Of a stretch of DNA of 64,000 bases, positions 21,369 through 30,839 are shown one piece after another. How positions within the stretch are numbered: position 1 is the first letter of the stretch; every line of letters starts with the position of its first letter. The translations under genes and the position numbers were made by a program. Source of the stretch: Giardia intestinalis (Eukaryota); assembly GCA_000002435.2 (NCBI GenBank), contig CM018789.1; one strand, 5' to 3'. A model generated the notes under the pieces. The model saw only the letters and a program-made list of their open reading frames with translations. It ran no database searches and was not told the DNA's origin.

Positions 21369-23079
21369 GGCGGGGTATGGGGCGGTGAGGCTGGAGGGGA
21401 CCGGGGGGTGGTTGTATGTGCCCCTGGGTCTGATGGGCCATGTCGGGTGATCGCAGCTGTGGTGACTGGGGGCTGTCTATCTGTGACCCATCCCTCTGTG
21501 GACTCGTGAGTGCCCTCCGCCCAGGCAACCCTCAGGAGCCGTGCACGCTGGGACAGAGAGGGTGACCAAGGGAGTTAAGCAGCCCTGCCATGATGCTGAG
21601 GGTGCACAGCAGCCAGCCTGATCTGCAGGGCCTGCTCGAGCGATGGTAGTGGCAGACGACTCCCTCTGACAGCGACCCTGGTGACTGCACTGGCCTACTC
21701 TCGAAGCTGAGTGACAATGAACCAGACGGACCTGAGTGCAGGAGGACCGTCCACACACGAACAGACTGTGTAGACCCAGAGAGGACCGGAGTCTGCTCGG
21801 GACACGCTGACTGTGCCCCATACGAGAGCCCCAGGCAACCACCCGAGCACCCGAGAGGCAGCAACAGACACGGGCACCAGAGATTCCCAGCCAGACAGCT
21901 GCCATGCTCATCCACAGGGGCATCAGAGGACCAGGTGGAGTCACCCTCACAACCAGGGCCTAATAGGAAGCCAGAGGACTCACGCAGCACAGCAGAGCAG
22001 GCCCAAGGGAGGCACACTCCAGGCAGGTGAGCAGTGGCAGAGCCCTGACAGCTGCCAGCCCCCATGACACCCAGGCAGGCACCAGACTCGCTGGCCTCGA
22101 CTGCATTCACGATGACCTGAGGGGGCAGCAGCCAGAGGAGTGAGGAGACCTTCGGACACCACAAGAGGCCCGGCTGTCCAGCAGGCTATGGAGCACAGGT
22201 GACCTCTGAGCACCACAAAGGCACAGGAGCCGACCATCAGAGTGATGCCCGATCACAGAGACGACCACGAGCACCCTCCACCCACTCTGAGGGGCTGTCG
22301 ATCATTCCACTGCCTCTCATAGCAGACCTCCTTGAGGGCAGTGCAGTGAGTGACTCAGCTCATGCAGGAGGGTGCACGCCTCCCCTGGCATAGGATGCCG
22401 ACTCTCCCCGAGGGGTCATCAGAGCCACGAGGAGGGGTCAAGGTTAGTAGACCACACCGGGAACTCCCGAGGGCACAGCAGGTGATGTTGGGTGATCCTC
22501 AGCGTGCTCCTCTCTGATGGTAGAGCATCCTGAGACCAAGGGGGCTCACCCCTGCCTACGGACGACACACAGCGCTTCACAACGAGGACCCACCAGGAGC
22601 AGCACAGCTGACCACGGGGACAGTGCAGTCACCGATGCCCCACCGTGTTAGTCTTTTGAGTCATCACACTAGAGGCATGAGAGAACCCATCCCATCCACA
22701 GGCTCATCCACACCCCTGCTGGTCCCAGGTGAACTCCCCGTCGAGGCACCGGACAGGGCATGCCAGGGGCTCAGCAGACCCGCACAGAGCAACAGCGAGT
22801 AGCAGGAGGGGCTGCGATGGCCTGCCTCGACACTCACGCACCAGCCAGACAGAGCAGCAGTACTGCCTGAGGCATGCAGGGGCCAAGGGAGGCACTCAGT
22901 CAGGGGGACACGACACGATCGTCGGTGCCTGTGTCTCGGGAGTGCAACGAGGGCTGGAGAGCAGACACAACCACCTTGGCAAACAGAGCGGGGATCACCC
23001 CAATGACCCACCGAACCCAGAGGCACATACGAACACCACCAACCTCAGCCCCCACCAGAGCCCCACCAGCCTCACCGCC
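21369..23079. repeat. Palindrome spacer: strongly strand-asymmetric, T-depleted (+ strand) low-complexity region with degenerate internal repeats
   Basis: From ~21530 to 23200 the + strand is roughly 8-12% T (by eye). By contrast 21250-21530 is A-poor and loosely resembles the reverse complement of the right end. Recurring degenerate units occur: 'cccaggcaacc' at ~21521 and ~21825, 'caagggaggcac' at ~22005 and ~22885, 'gaccaaggg..ccctgcc' at ~21575 and ~22525. Confidence 0.75.
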
Positions 23080-23548
23080 CCACCCATCATCCGAACCCGC
23101 TGGGACCCAAGCGACCGCGACTGTGGGAGCGCTGACCCGGGCCACAGCTGCCCGGACACCGAGGGGCCCAGCCAGCGGAGGGCCCGACAGCAATCACCGA
23201 GTCAGACGGGAGCATCTAAAAAAGACGGCGACTGGAGCTTCACCCACCAGACGGCAGGCCAAGGAGAGGCGCCACTGGTAGAGCAGAGAGTCTGCGAGAA
23301 GACCTGAATCCAAGGCAGATCGGCATGGACATCCAGACAGAGCATATCCTCATGGAGCGGCGAGGAATGCCCAGATTCTGGATGTGTCACTGAAGAGGAC
23401 TCTTTCATTATGTTATCCATACTCAACCCTCGTCCTTAGACTGGCCAGGAAGGAGCGGGCCCACTCGCATGATCTCTGGACCGCTCTCAGATAGCCCCAG
23501 CAGCACAGCGTAATAAGCCATATACAGTGACGCGTTTACTACCTAAGT

Positions 23549-25597
23549 CTACGCCTTTCCACGGCAGATGAACCACCAGCAGAGGAAGCCCACAAGGCCG
23601 GCCACGACGACGACGGCTGCGACGGAGATCCCCGCGATGGCGCCAGTGGAAAGGCCGCTCTTGTTGACGCTTCCACCAGTATTCTCACCTTTCATGAGGT
23701 AGCAGAGAACGGAGCCAGTACTAGACGATGGAGGAGCGCAGTTTAAGCAGCCCTTGACACCGATGACTCCGTTGCTATCATTTTCGCAGGATGTGCACGT
23801 ACTTTCTCCCAATGCGGTCTTGTAGTATCCTGTAGCACACACCTTACATGTTGTAGCTGCTCCAGTACATGTTTCACAGCTGGAATCACACTTTGTGCAT
23901 GTTTGGCTGTTTTCAATTTTTGTGTATCCATCTCCACATTTTGTACAAGTAGTTGCGTCGCTGCACGTGTCACAGCCCTTAGAGCACATCACAAGCTTTC
24001 CTGCCTCTACTTTGTAACCTGGAACAGGTGCTTTGCACGTGTCTGCGTCTGCGTTTGCACCTTCGCAGACGCTCTTTCCCGGAAACTTGGTCGTCTCATA
24101 GCAGCCTCCGTTCATACGAAGAAATCCATTGGTACATGAGCTACATATGCCATTGGCAACGTTGCTATTCTTACAAGTAGCCACAGTACGAGCGGTCGTT
24201 GAAGTACAGATCCCATTTTGAGGATATTCATTTTGTGTATCACACTCAGAGCAGTAGCTAGCACCATCGATAGTGAGCCCACACGTTTTGCAGGCACCGC
24301 TGCCTTGGCCTGTTGTGCAGCCTTCTCCACACGTGCCCTTAGTACCGTCGTTTCCATACTTAAGTGCTTTTCCAGTGGGACACTCGGTGCAGTCGCTGGC
24401 AGTGCCTGCGCTGCATGTCTTGCAGCTTTCGTGGCACGGAGAGCATGCGTCGCCGTTTTTATAGAATCCGTCGTTGCATGTTTGACACTGCCCCTGATCA
24501 TTGCAAGTTTTGCAGTTAGCCACAGTGCACTCCTTGCATGCCTTTTTGTTGTCAGCATTAGTGCCAGCATAGTAGTTTCCAAGTGCTTGACAGTACTGCA
24601 CACATTGACTTGTCGGCGTGAGATGGTGAGTGGAGATGCACTCTGTGCAGACCTCGTTTGCTGCCTTCGGATTGGTGCACGCCTTGCAGTTCTCAGTCTT
24701 GCAGTCGCTCTTAACACAGTTTTGTCCATCCAAGATGAAACCAGAGTCACATCCCTCACAGTCTCCCCCACTAGAACTACAGAAAGCGCAGTTTTGACCT
24801 GTACAATCATTACAACTTGTTTTATCTAGACTTGGCTTCTTTTGTGCACTGCATTTTTCGCACGTAAGGGTATTGCCGCTAGCCTCATTGTACATGCACT
24901 TCAGACAGTCTCCAATACCCTTTACATTCGGTGCTTCGCTAGATCCGCCTGTGCATGATTTGCAAGTCTTCTTGCTTTCAGCAGTAGCTGTGTGCCCGAA
25001 GTATCCCTCTGGGCATGTTTCTTCGCATGAACTCAGTCCTTCAGATGGAGTATGTAGAAATCCTGCTGCACACTTAGTACACGTAGCAGCCTTTGGGGTG
25101 TTGTCTTCACCAGGAGCCTTAGGAGCACTGCAAGTAGCACATCCCGCTACGCCTATGTACTGCTTGTTATTAGCAAGATGTATTGGGGTTTCCTCAGAAC
25201 ATGATACGACTGAATCATGAGTAGCATCCGCATTTGGTGGAACAAAGTATTCATTCGCAGCTACTGAGCATACTCCATCTGGTGACACAGTTGTGCACAG
25301 AGTATTTCCCGGTACCTTCTCTTTATCATAGCATCCGCCCTTATACATGAAAAAGTTAGCTCCTATGCATTTTCCGCAGACTTGGTTTGCATCACCATCA
25401 CCGCTAGCGTTTTTGCAGTTTGCATTAGCAGTAGCATCTACGCACTTTCCATCAATTGGAACTTTTCCTGTTTGACACCGTGTACAGATTTCTGTTTCAC
25501 CAACCATTTCGCACTTCTCAGCTTCACAAGTTTGTGTCTGCGTAGTACACTTTGCTGTAAGAGTGCTTATCACAAAGTAGAAAATTGCAAGCAACAT
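23549..25597 (-). CDS. Variant-specific surface protein (VSP), right-arm copy, identical to 18851-20899
   Basis: Mirror image of the left copy (coordinates sum to 44448) with identical 682/701-aa translation. Tail-to-tail with the left copy. Polyadenylation motif on the minus strand at 23534-23540. Confidence 0.93.
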   Translation of the reverse strand: MLLAIFYFVISTLTAKCTTQTQTCEAEKCEMVGETEICTRCQTGKVPIDGKCVDATANANCKNASGDGDANQVCGKCIGANFFMYKGGCYDKEKVPGNTLCTTVSPDGVCSVAANEYFVPPNADATHDSVVSCSEETPIHLANNKQYIGVAGCATCSAPKAPGEDNTPKAATCTKCAAGFLHTPSEGLSSCEETCPEGYFGHTATAESKKTCKSCTGGSSEAPNVKGIGDCLKCMYNEASGNTLTCEKCSAQKKPSLDKTSCNDCTGQNCAFCSSSGGDCEGCDSGFILDGQNCVKSDCKTENCKACTNPKAANEVCTECISTHHLTPTSQCVQYCQALGNYYAGTNADNKKACKECTVANCKTCNDQGQCQTCNDGFYKNGDACSPCHESCKTCSAGTASDCTECPTGKALKYGNDGTKGTCGEGCTTGQGSGACKTCGLTIDGASYCSECDTQNEYPQNGICTSTTARTVATCKNSNVANGICSSCTNGFLRMNGGCYETTKFPGKSVCEGANADADTCKAPVPGYKVEAGKLVMCSKGCDTCSDATTCTKCGDGYTKIENSQTCTKCDSSCETCTGAATTCKVCATGYYKTALGESTCTSCENDSNGVIGVKGCLNCAPPSSSTGSVLCYLMKGENTGGSVNKSGLSTGAIAGISVAAVVVVAGLVGFLCWWFICRGKA

Positions 25598-28250
25598 TAA
25601 AATCCTTCTCAGCTCACTTATACGGGTAAGAATCTTCTTAATAATCTCAAGCACCCAAGCCTAAGAATCTGGTTGTTGTATCTACGATGACTAGTCTAAG
25701 GAAACCCTTTTATGTGTCTCTGGTTGAGAAATATGACTTCGTCAAGCGTTAGACGCGTCCCTTGCGTAGCCCCTTTCTCCGCCGAATACAGACTCTGCGA
25801 CCCCTCTGTGCAGCGGGAACAGACACTTCAGAAATAGACAACAGCGCTGTCCTTTGTGCCTACCTCCCTTACTCTGTGGAATTAGCTGGCATCCTGGGTA
25901 TTCTCTACGCTTTATGCCTGCTGCTGGTCCTGCGCGGGTCATACTCAAAGCCCGGCATCCGGGATAAGCCCAGAAACGGTTCTTTGCAGGATTCCGAAAG
26001 GAGATTGTGGCAACCGAGAAGCCTGTAGGAGGTGTATGCTAGCAACAGACTGGCTTGCTGGGCACTCCGGTCTGGAACGTGCACGGCTTGTTTCTGATGC
26101 TTCGCTAGGCTATTGGTACAGCCTCTCATTGTGCGATGGGTTGACTGGCAACACTTCAAAAAGCTTAATTCTTCCAGGCCCGCATAGAAAGCGGCATTGT
26201 CCAAACGTGCTATCTCGGGTCAGCGGACAGGACACGCTGCACAACCCAATCATGGCAACGGTTAATGCAGGGACAAGTACTGGTACCCAGCTGCATCCAT
26301 AGACACGTCTGTCTTAGAGTATCCATACCCGTAACTCCTAAGCGCGTACTGAATCTGCAGGTCTCAAGAGACGGGACTCTCTACGTGGATGCTAACCACC
26401 GAGAAGCTGCCTGCGTCATCAGAATTCTCTGCACTAAAGCTCCTCTAGCATACAAATGCTTGCAAAAGGTGGGAGCAGACGCCCGGGGAGGTTGTAATGA
26501 GTTGCCATTTTTTATCATTTGCGTGTCTGTCTCCGGATCCACCATTCTTTGAACCCACATGTAGGACGCGGAGAAATCAGGCCTCCAGTTTCTGACAAGC
26601 AAGCTAACCAGTTCCTGTCTGCAACCTCTGTCTAAGCTGTCCCCAATCTTGAACAGATAAACTGGTCGATACAGACACGTTATCTCCTGCGTTGCGAGCC
26701 AGCAAACCACGCAGTAAAAGTCCTACTGCTACGGCTTGGCGCTCCCCTCTATGTCGCACAGTGTGCGTCGACTTGCATTGGTCAGCCTCTACTCCGCGTC
26801 ACTATAAGCGCTTGCTAATGCTCTCGGGAGGGGTCAGCTCTTGGAATCGTAGGATCTGTGCAGCTCTACTGACAACCAGGAACACCGACACCTGTAGCCT
26901 AACAGGGCGGTAGATAACACTCGCTTCGCGCCATTCTATTAACCTCGATGATTCCCAGTTCATTGCACGCTCTTTGTTCACATCACTGACTCCGTGTTTT
27001 CATAACGCTTCTCAGAACCGGAGTAAATGTGCCAAGTAAAGCACCGCGAATGACTTTATCGTCTAAGCGGGGTTCTGCCCCATATCATAGCTTCACTATG
27101 AACTCACAATGCACGCTGCTATACATACACAATCTGCATGGGTGTGCGCGCCTTATCTATACTTCTAAGTATCGCTGATATAGTAGGCCTTAGTGCTGAT
27201 TTTCAAAGGGCACTGAATTGCATGGTAACCTTTAAGGGCTACCTATTCCATGCTGTGACTGATAGCTCGAGGACACCTTATAGTGGCTTTCCTCTGATCT
27301 TATGATCAACGTTTCAATAGTCCGTGGAAGATAGAACGAACCCTTAAATATGCCGTAAAAGGGTATCCCCGAGGGTTAAGTTCCGTAACCCTCTGCCAAA
27401 AAGCCAGAATTACCAAAATATATATGCCTAAGTGTCACAGATAATTCTAGAGAGTCATAGAATACAGTGTCATAAATACCATCAGACGCCCACGCTGAGG
27501 GGGCAGTTAGCACTGCATTCTAATCTGTAGGCCTCTGCAACCTTGAGCAGAAGGGTGTGCCAACTCAAATGGGCTGAACAGCTGTACTACGAGGTGCTAA
27601 AGAAGTTAAGCAAAGCCTTAGCTAGTGCAGCTCCTGATTGCAAAAGGAGCAATTCAGTAAATATGGTCTAAACTTATTCTAACATGTCGGTGGCTTTCCG
27701 AGTTCAAACACAGATTACAAGTTTTATCGTAACTCAATCCATAGATTGCAAAGACCTACCGCCACCATAAGAGCGTGACATTAGAGAACGTAGCCTCCAG
27801 ATAAAGAGATGAAACTACAAGAACGCACGTTCGTAGGGCCCATGTTAGAGGCTTCAAAGAACAGTCATCGTCCTAATGGCAGGTCAACAAAGCACTTCGT
27901 GAAGAAGTGCCAGAGTACTAACATAAGCAGCTTCTCCAAAGCAATCACAGTTGTATTTGTCAGATATCCTCACAGAGAATAGCACCTATAGGTCCTCGCT
28001 CTGTCTGAAATGCATTCATAGTTATGAATAGAGTAGTTCTAGACCGTGTTACAACTCGATAGCGCCGAACCTAACTCTGTTAAGCTCAATATACGCACAT
28101 TCATATGGCAGCTCTCTCTGGTTCAGCATTGCGTCCAGGCAGTACGACGGACATTGCAGCCCCAAAGATACTCACACACCTGTAGATATGACCGGAGGAT
28201 TGTCGTTAACATAGCGGGGGCAATGAACTTTAAAAGAGTTGATTGATTCA

Positions 28251-29153
28251 ATGGATCTTGCACGCTTTGCCCACACTTTACGAGCACAAGCTCCGGGAGG
28301 AGCAGAAACAGAGGTCTCCCTTACTCTGGGAGCCACAACGATCGAGGCCATTAAAGCACTATGCAAAGCAATGGGGCTGGAGGACCATACTCAAGACCTA
28401 TCTCTATTCCTCCGAGAAGAGACAGGCGCGCGCATTCTTCAGACCAGCGACCGTCCTCTGGAACTATACCTTCAACAAGTCAATATCCCAGACGGGCTTT
28501 CTCCCTTCTTACTTCGGAGGCTACCCCAGCACACGACAAACCCAAGTGTCACTGAAAACTCTCCCTATAGTTTTCTTGCCGTGGCCCAGGGTATCGAGGA
28601 CTACATGCGTCTGCCTATACCCCCGTCAGAAGATAATGTCGTTGAATTTGCATCTTTGCGTCTTTTACTAGACAAGGATCCACTGTCACCGGGAGTTGTG
28701 GCACAAAATATAGAACGCTACATCCATCCGTGCATACGAAGCAAGCGCACAGCCAAAGATTGGGATGTTCTGGTTCTCTCTCGGGCCAAGGCCAGGGGAC
28801 ATCCCACAGTGCAGACTCACAGACTTTTCGTAGAATTCATCGATAGCGTCGATCTCACTAGGATGGAATTCTTTGAGGCTACATATCTCTCTCCCAACGA
28901 CCCTGTCTCTGTTTTTCTAGCGGTAGATTCTAAGGCTCTACATATATATGATCGTGAAACACACAACAAACTTGCGCTTCATCCTTTACACTCCATACAC
29001 TCATGGACAGTGGACGTAGAGCATGGCAAGCTCGAATTTCTGATTGCGTGGCGAGCCGACAAGCACATGCTCGCCTTTATGGCCAGGCAAGCGTATGCGA
29101 TAATCTCGCTGATTAAATATTACGTTGCGCGTGCACTGGAGCATATTCTATGA
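28251..29153 (+). CDS. Right-arm copy of the 300-aa FERM-like hypothetical protein
   Basis: Identical translation to 15295-16197 (-). Confidence 0.5.
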   Translation: MDLARFAHTLRAQAPGGAETEVSLTLGATTIEAIKALCKAMGLEDHTQDLSLFLREETGARILQTSDRPLELYLQQVNIPDGLSPFLLRRLPQHTTNPSVTENSPYSFLAVAQGIEDYMRLPIPPSEDNVVEFASLRLLLDKDPLSPGVVAQNIERYIHPCIRSKRTAKDWDVLVLSRAKARGHPTVQTHRLFVEFIDSVDLTRMEFFEATYLSPNDPVSVFLAVDSKALHIYDRETHNKLALHPLHSIHSWTVDVEHGKLEFLIAWRADKHMLAFMARQAYAIISLIKYYVARALEHIL

Positions 29154-29215
29154 CTACTTGCAAAGCGTCAGTCAACTACATACCTGGTCCCCACTCATCC
29201 ATGCATCAAAGAATT

Positions 29216-30394
29216 TCACAGTTGCATTAGCTGCGCCCGAACCGTATATGTTCGCTGTCCACTAGGCGTCAAGTCGCCCAACGGAACCTCTTGTGTTGTT
29301 GCAACATTGCTCTTAGCTCCAAGATCAGAGGCATCAAGCGCAGAAGATATCATGTCTCTTGCACTGACAGTCCCTGCCATCCTTTTCCTTTTTCTGGACA
29401 CTCTTCGCTTCCTATCGGACTCCGCCTTTACTGTGTCTATAATCGCATATGAATCAATCCCATAGCCAACCACTGCATGCAAGTTACATATGCACGCTGT
29501 TGAAAACATAAGAGAGTCCACTATTTCCTTTAGACAGTCTGAGGGATTATTGTGAGAAGATTGAGGGCGCTCGCGACTGTAACCAACTGGTATAATCGAC
29601 TCATACTGAATACCCAATAGTTCAGCGATGTGTTGTGTCTGCTCAGCTGACTTTCCCTTTAGCTCTGAAGCATCCCTAGCCAACTCGTCGAGCATCGACA
29701 TGGGAACGGGATGGTTCTGTGCATCAAACCTTTCCAATCGTTCATCTTGCCTATTGATCTGTCTGTACAATGCAGCTTGCTGCGCTTCCAGGGCATCAAG
29801 TCTTACTGACTCCGGACCGCTGTACTTGATCATCTCAGCTTCTGCCGACTCCGACAAGGGGTGACGTCTGCCTTCTGCCTCTACTAAACGTAATAGAAGA
29901 TCAACCAAGTTGGAAGCGGTGTGACTCGTGAATTCAAGTAGTTCATCATTTATCGGCAGTCCAGGATCCAAAGTGTCAATTGCTCTACTGCCTATCTGTA
30001 TCTGTGTCGAAAGAAGTTCATGATCTGAGACTGCCTCTTGGCCCAGCAGAGCATGCTCCTCAGATTTTACGTACCTTGAAGCTTTGCCTGCGATGTCTCT
30101 GAACAGCTTCTTGTACTCGTCAAGCATCTTGCTCGCCTGATTCTCTTTCTGTCGAGCCTGCGCCTCATAGCGACACACAAGCTGTTCCATCTCCTTTGTG
30201 AGAGAGGTGTTGAGAGCAGTGGCCTCTTCGAGCTTTCTCCCTGCAGCCTCAGCTTGCATCTTGAAGAAGTCCCTCTGTTCTTGCGCCTTCTCAAAGCTAT
30301 GTTCATCGATCCACGCGAAAATGCCTTCTAGATCTCTGACGCAGCAGCCGTTTAGAAGTCGGAGAGCCCCCACCAACTCTGCAAATGCCCACAT
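29216..30394 (-). pseudogene. 5'-truncated duplicate of the 474-aa coiled-coil gene (lacks first ~85 codons; fortuitous ATG 'MWAFAEL' at the repeat junction)
   Basis: Translation is identical to residues ~87-474 of 13808-15232. The palindrome boundary (~30383) cuts the gene. The new N-terminus MWAF is encoded by unique flanking sequence. Confidence 0.5.
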
Positions 30395-30448
30395 TTACTC
30401 AGTTGCTTGGAAAACAGACTCTCAGTTTACACGACCACGGACCAAAAA

Positions 30449-30838
30449 ATGGCATCGCATGGCAGAGTCCACCGAGCGACGCAGGAGTTTCTCGACCTGT
30501 ACAGCAGTGCGAAGATACCCACAAAACAAGAGCTCGCCGCGAACCCCATCACGCCCGAAGAAGTGCTTCGGCACAGGGACGTCAATGACTGCTGGGTCAG
30601 CCACAAGGGAATAGTTTATAACCTCACGCCTTACCTTAGATATCACCCAGCCGGTATTGCGCCCATAGAGGATTACTATGGCTATGACATAACGGCAGTC
30701 ACAGCGGCCGTGCACGGATTTGTCCAGGTGGAGCAAATAATTGCCCCTTTGGCCGTAGGGGTTCTGAACGGAGACCCCTGTGTACCCCCTGAGAAGAAGC
30801 TGAAGGTGGAAACGGGTGTTCTACGGAGGCGGTACTAG
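30449..30838 (+). CDS. Cytochrome b5-like heme-binding protein
   Basis: 'HRDVNDCWVSHKGIVYNLTPYLRYHPAG' matches the cyt b5 core (DCW...G.VY[DN][LV]T.[FY]...HPGG). The track ORF starts at TTG 30407; the first ATG is 30449 (MASHGRV...). Confidence 0.75.
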   Translation: MASHGRVHRATQEFLDLYSSAKIPTKQELAANPITPEEVLRHRDVNDCWVSHKGIVYNLTPYLRYHPAGIAPIEDYYGYDITAVTAAVHGFVQVEQIIAPLAVGVLNGDPCVPPEKKLKVETGVLRRRY

Positions 30839-30839
30839 C

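Larger units (their letters stand above)
23080..30383. repeat. Right arm of large perfect inverted repeat (palindrome), ~7.3 kb
   Basis: Mirror of 14065-21368 about an axis at ~22224. The outer boundary lies ~65 bp upstream of the cytochrome b5 ATG. Confidence 0.9.

Noticed and set aside
21477-23307. Several 60-210 aa ORFs on both strands inside the palindrome spacer (e.g. 21532-22164 -, 22729-23307 +, 22874-23281 +)
   Set aside because: The region is T-depleted on + and A-depleted on -, so stop codons are rare by composition alone. Translations are low-complexity (R/G/P/S/H/Q-rich) and overlap each other in multiple frames. They are treated as non-coding.
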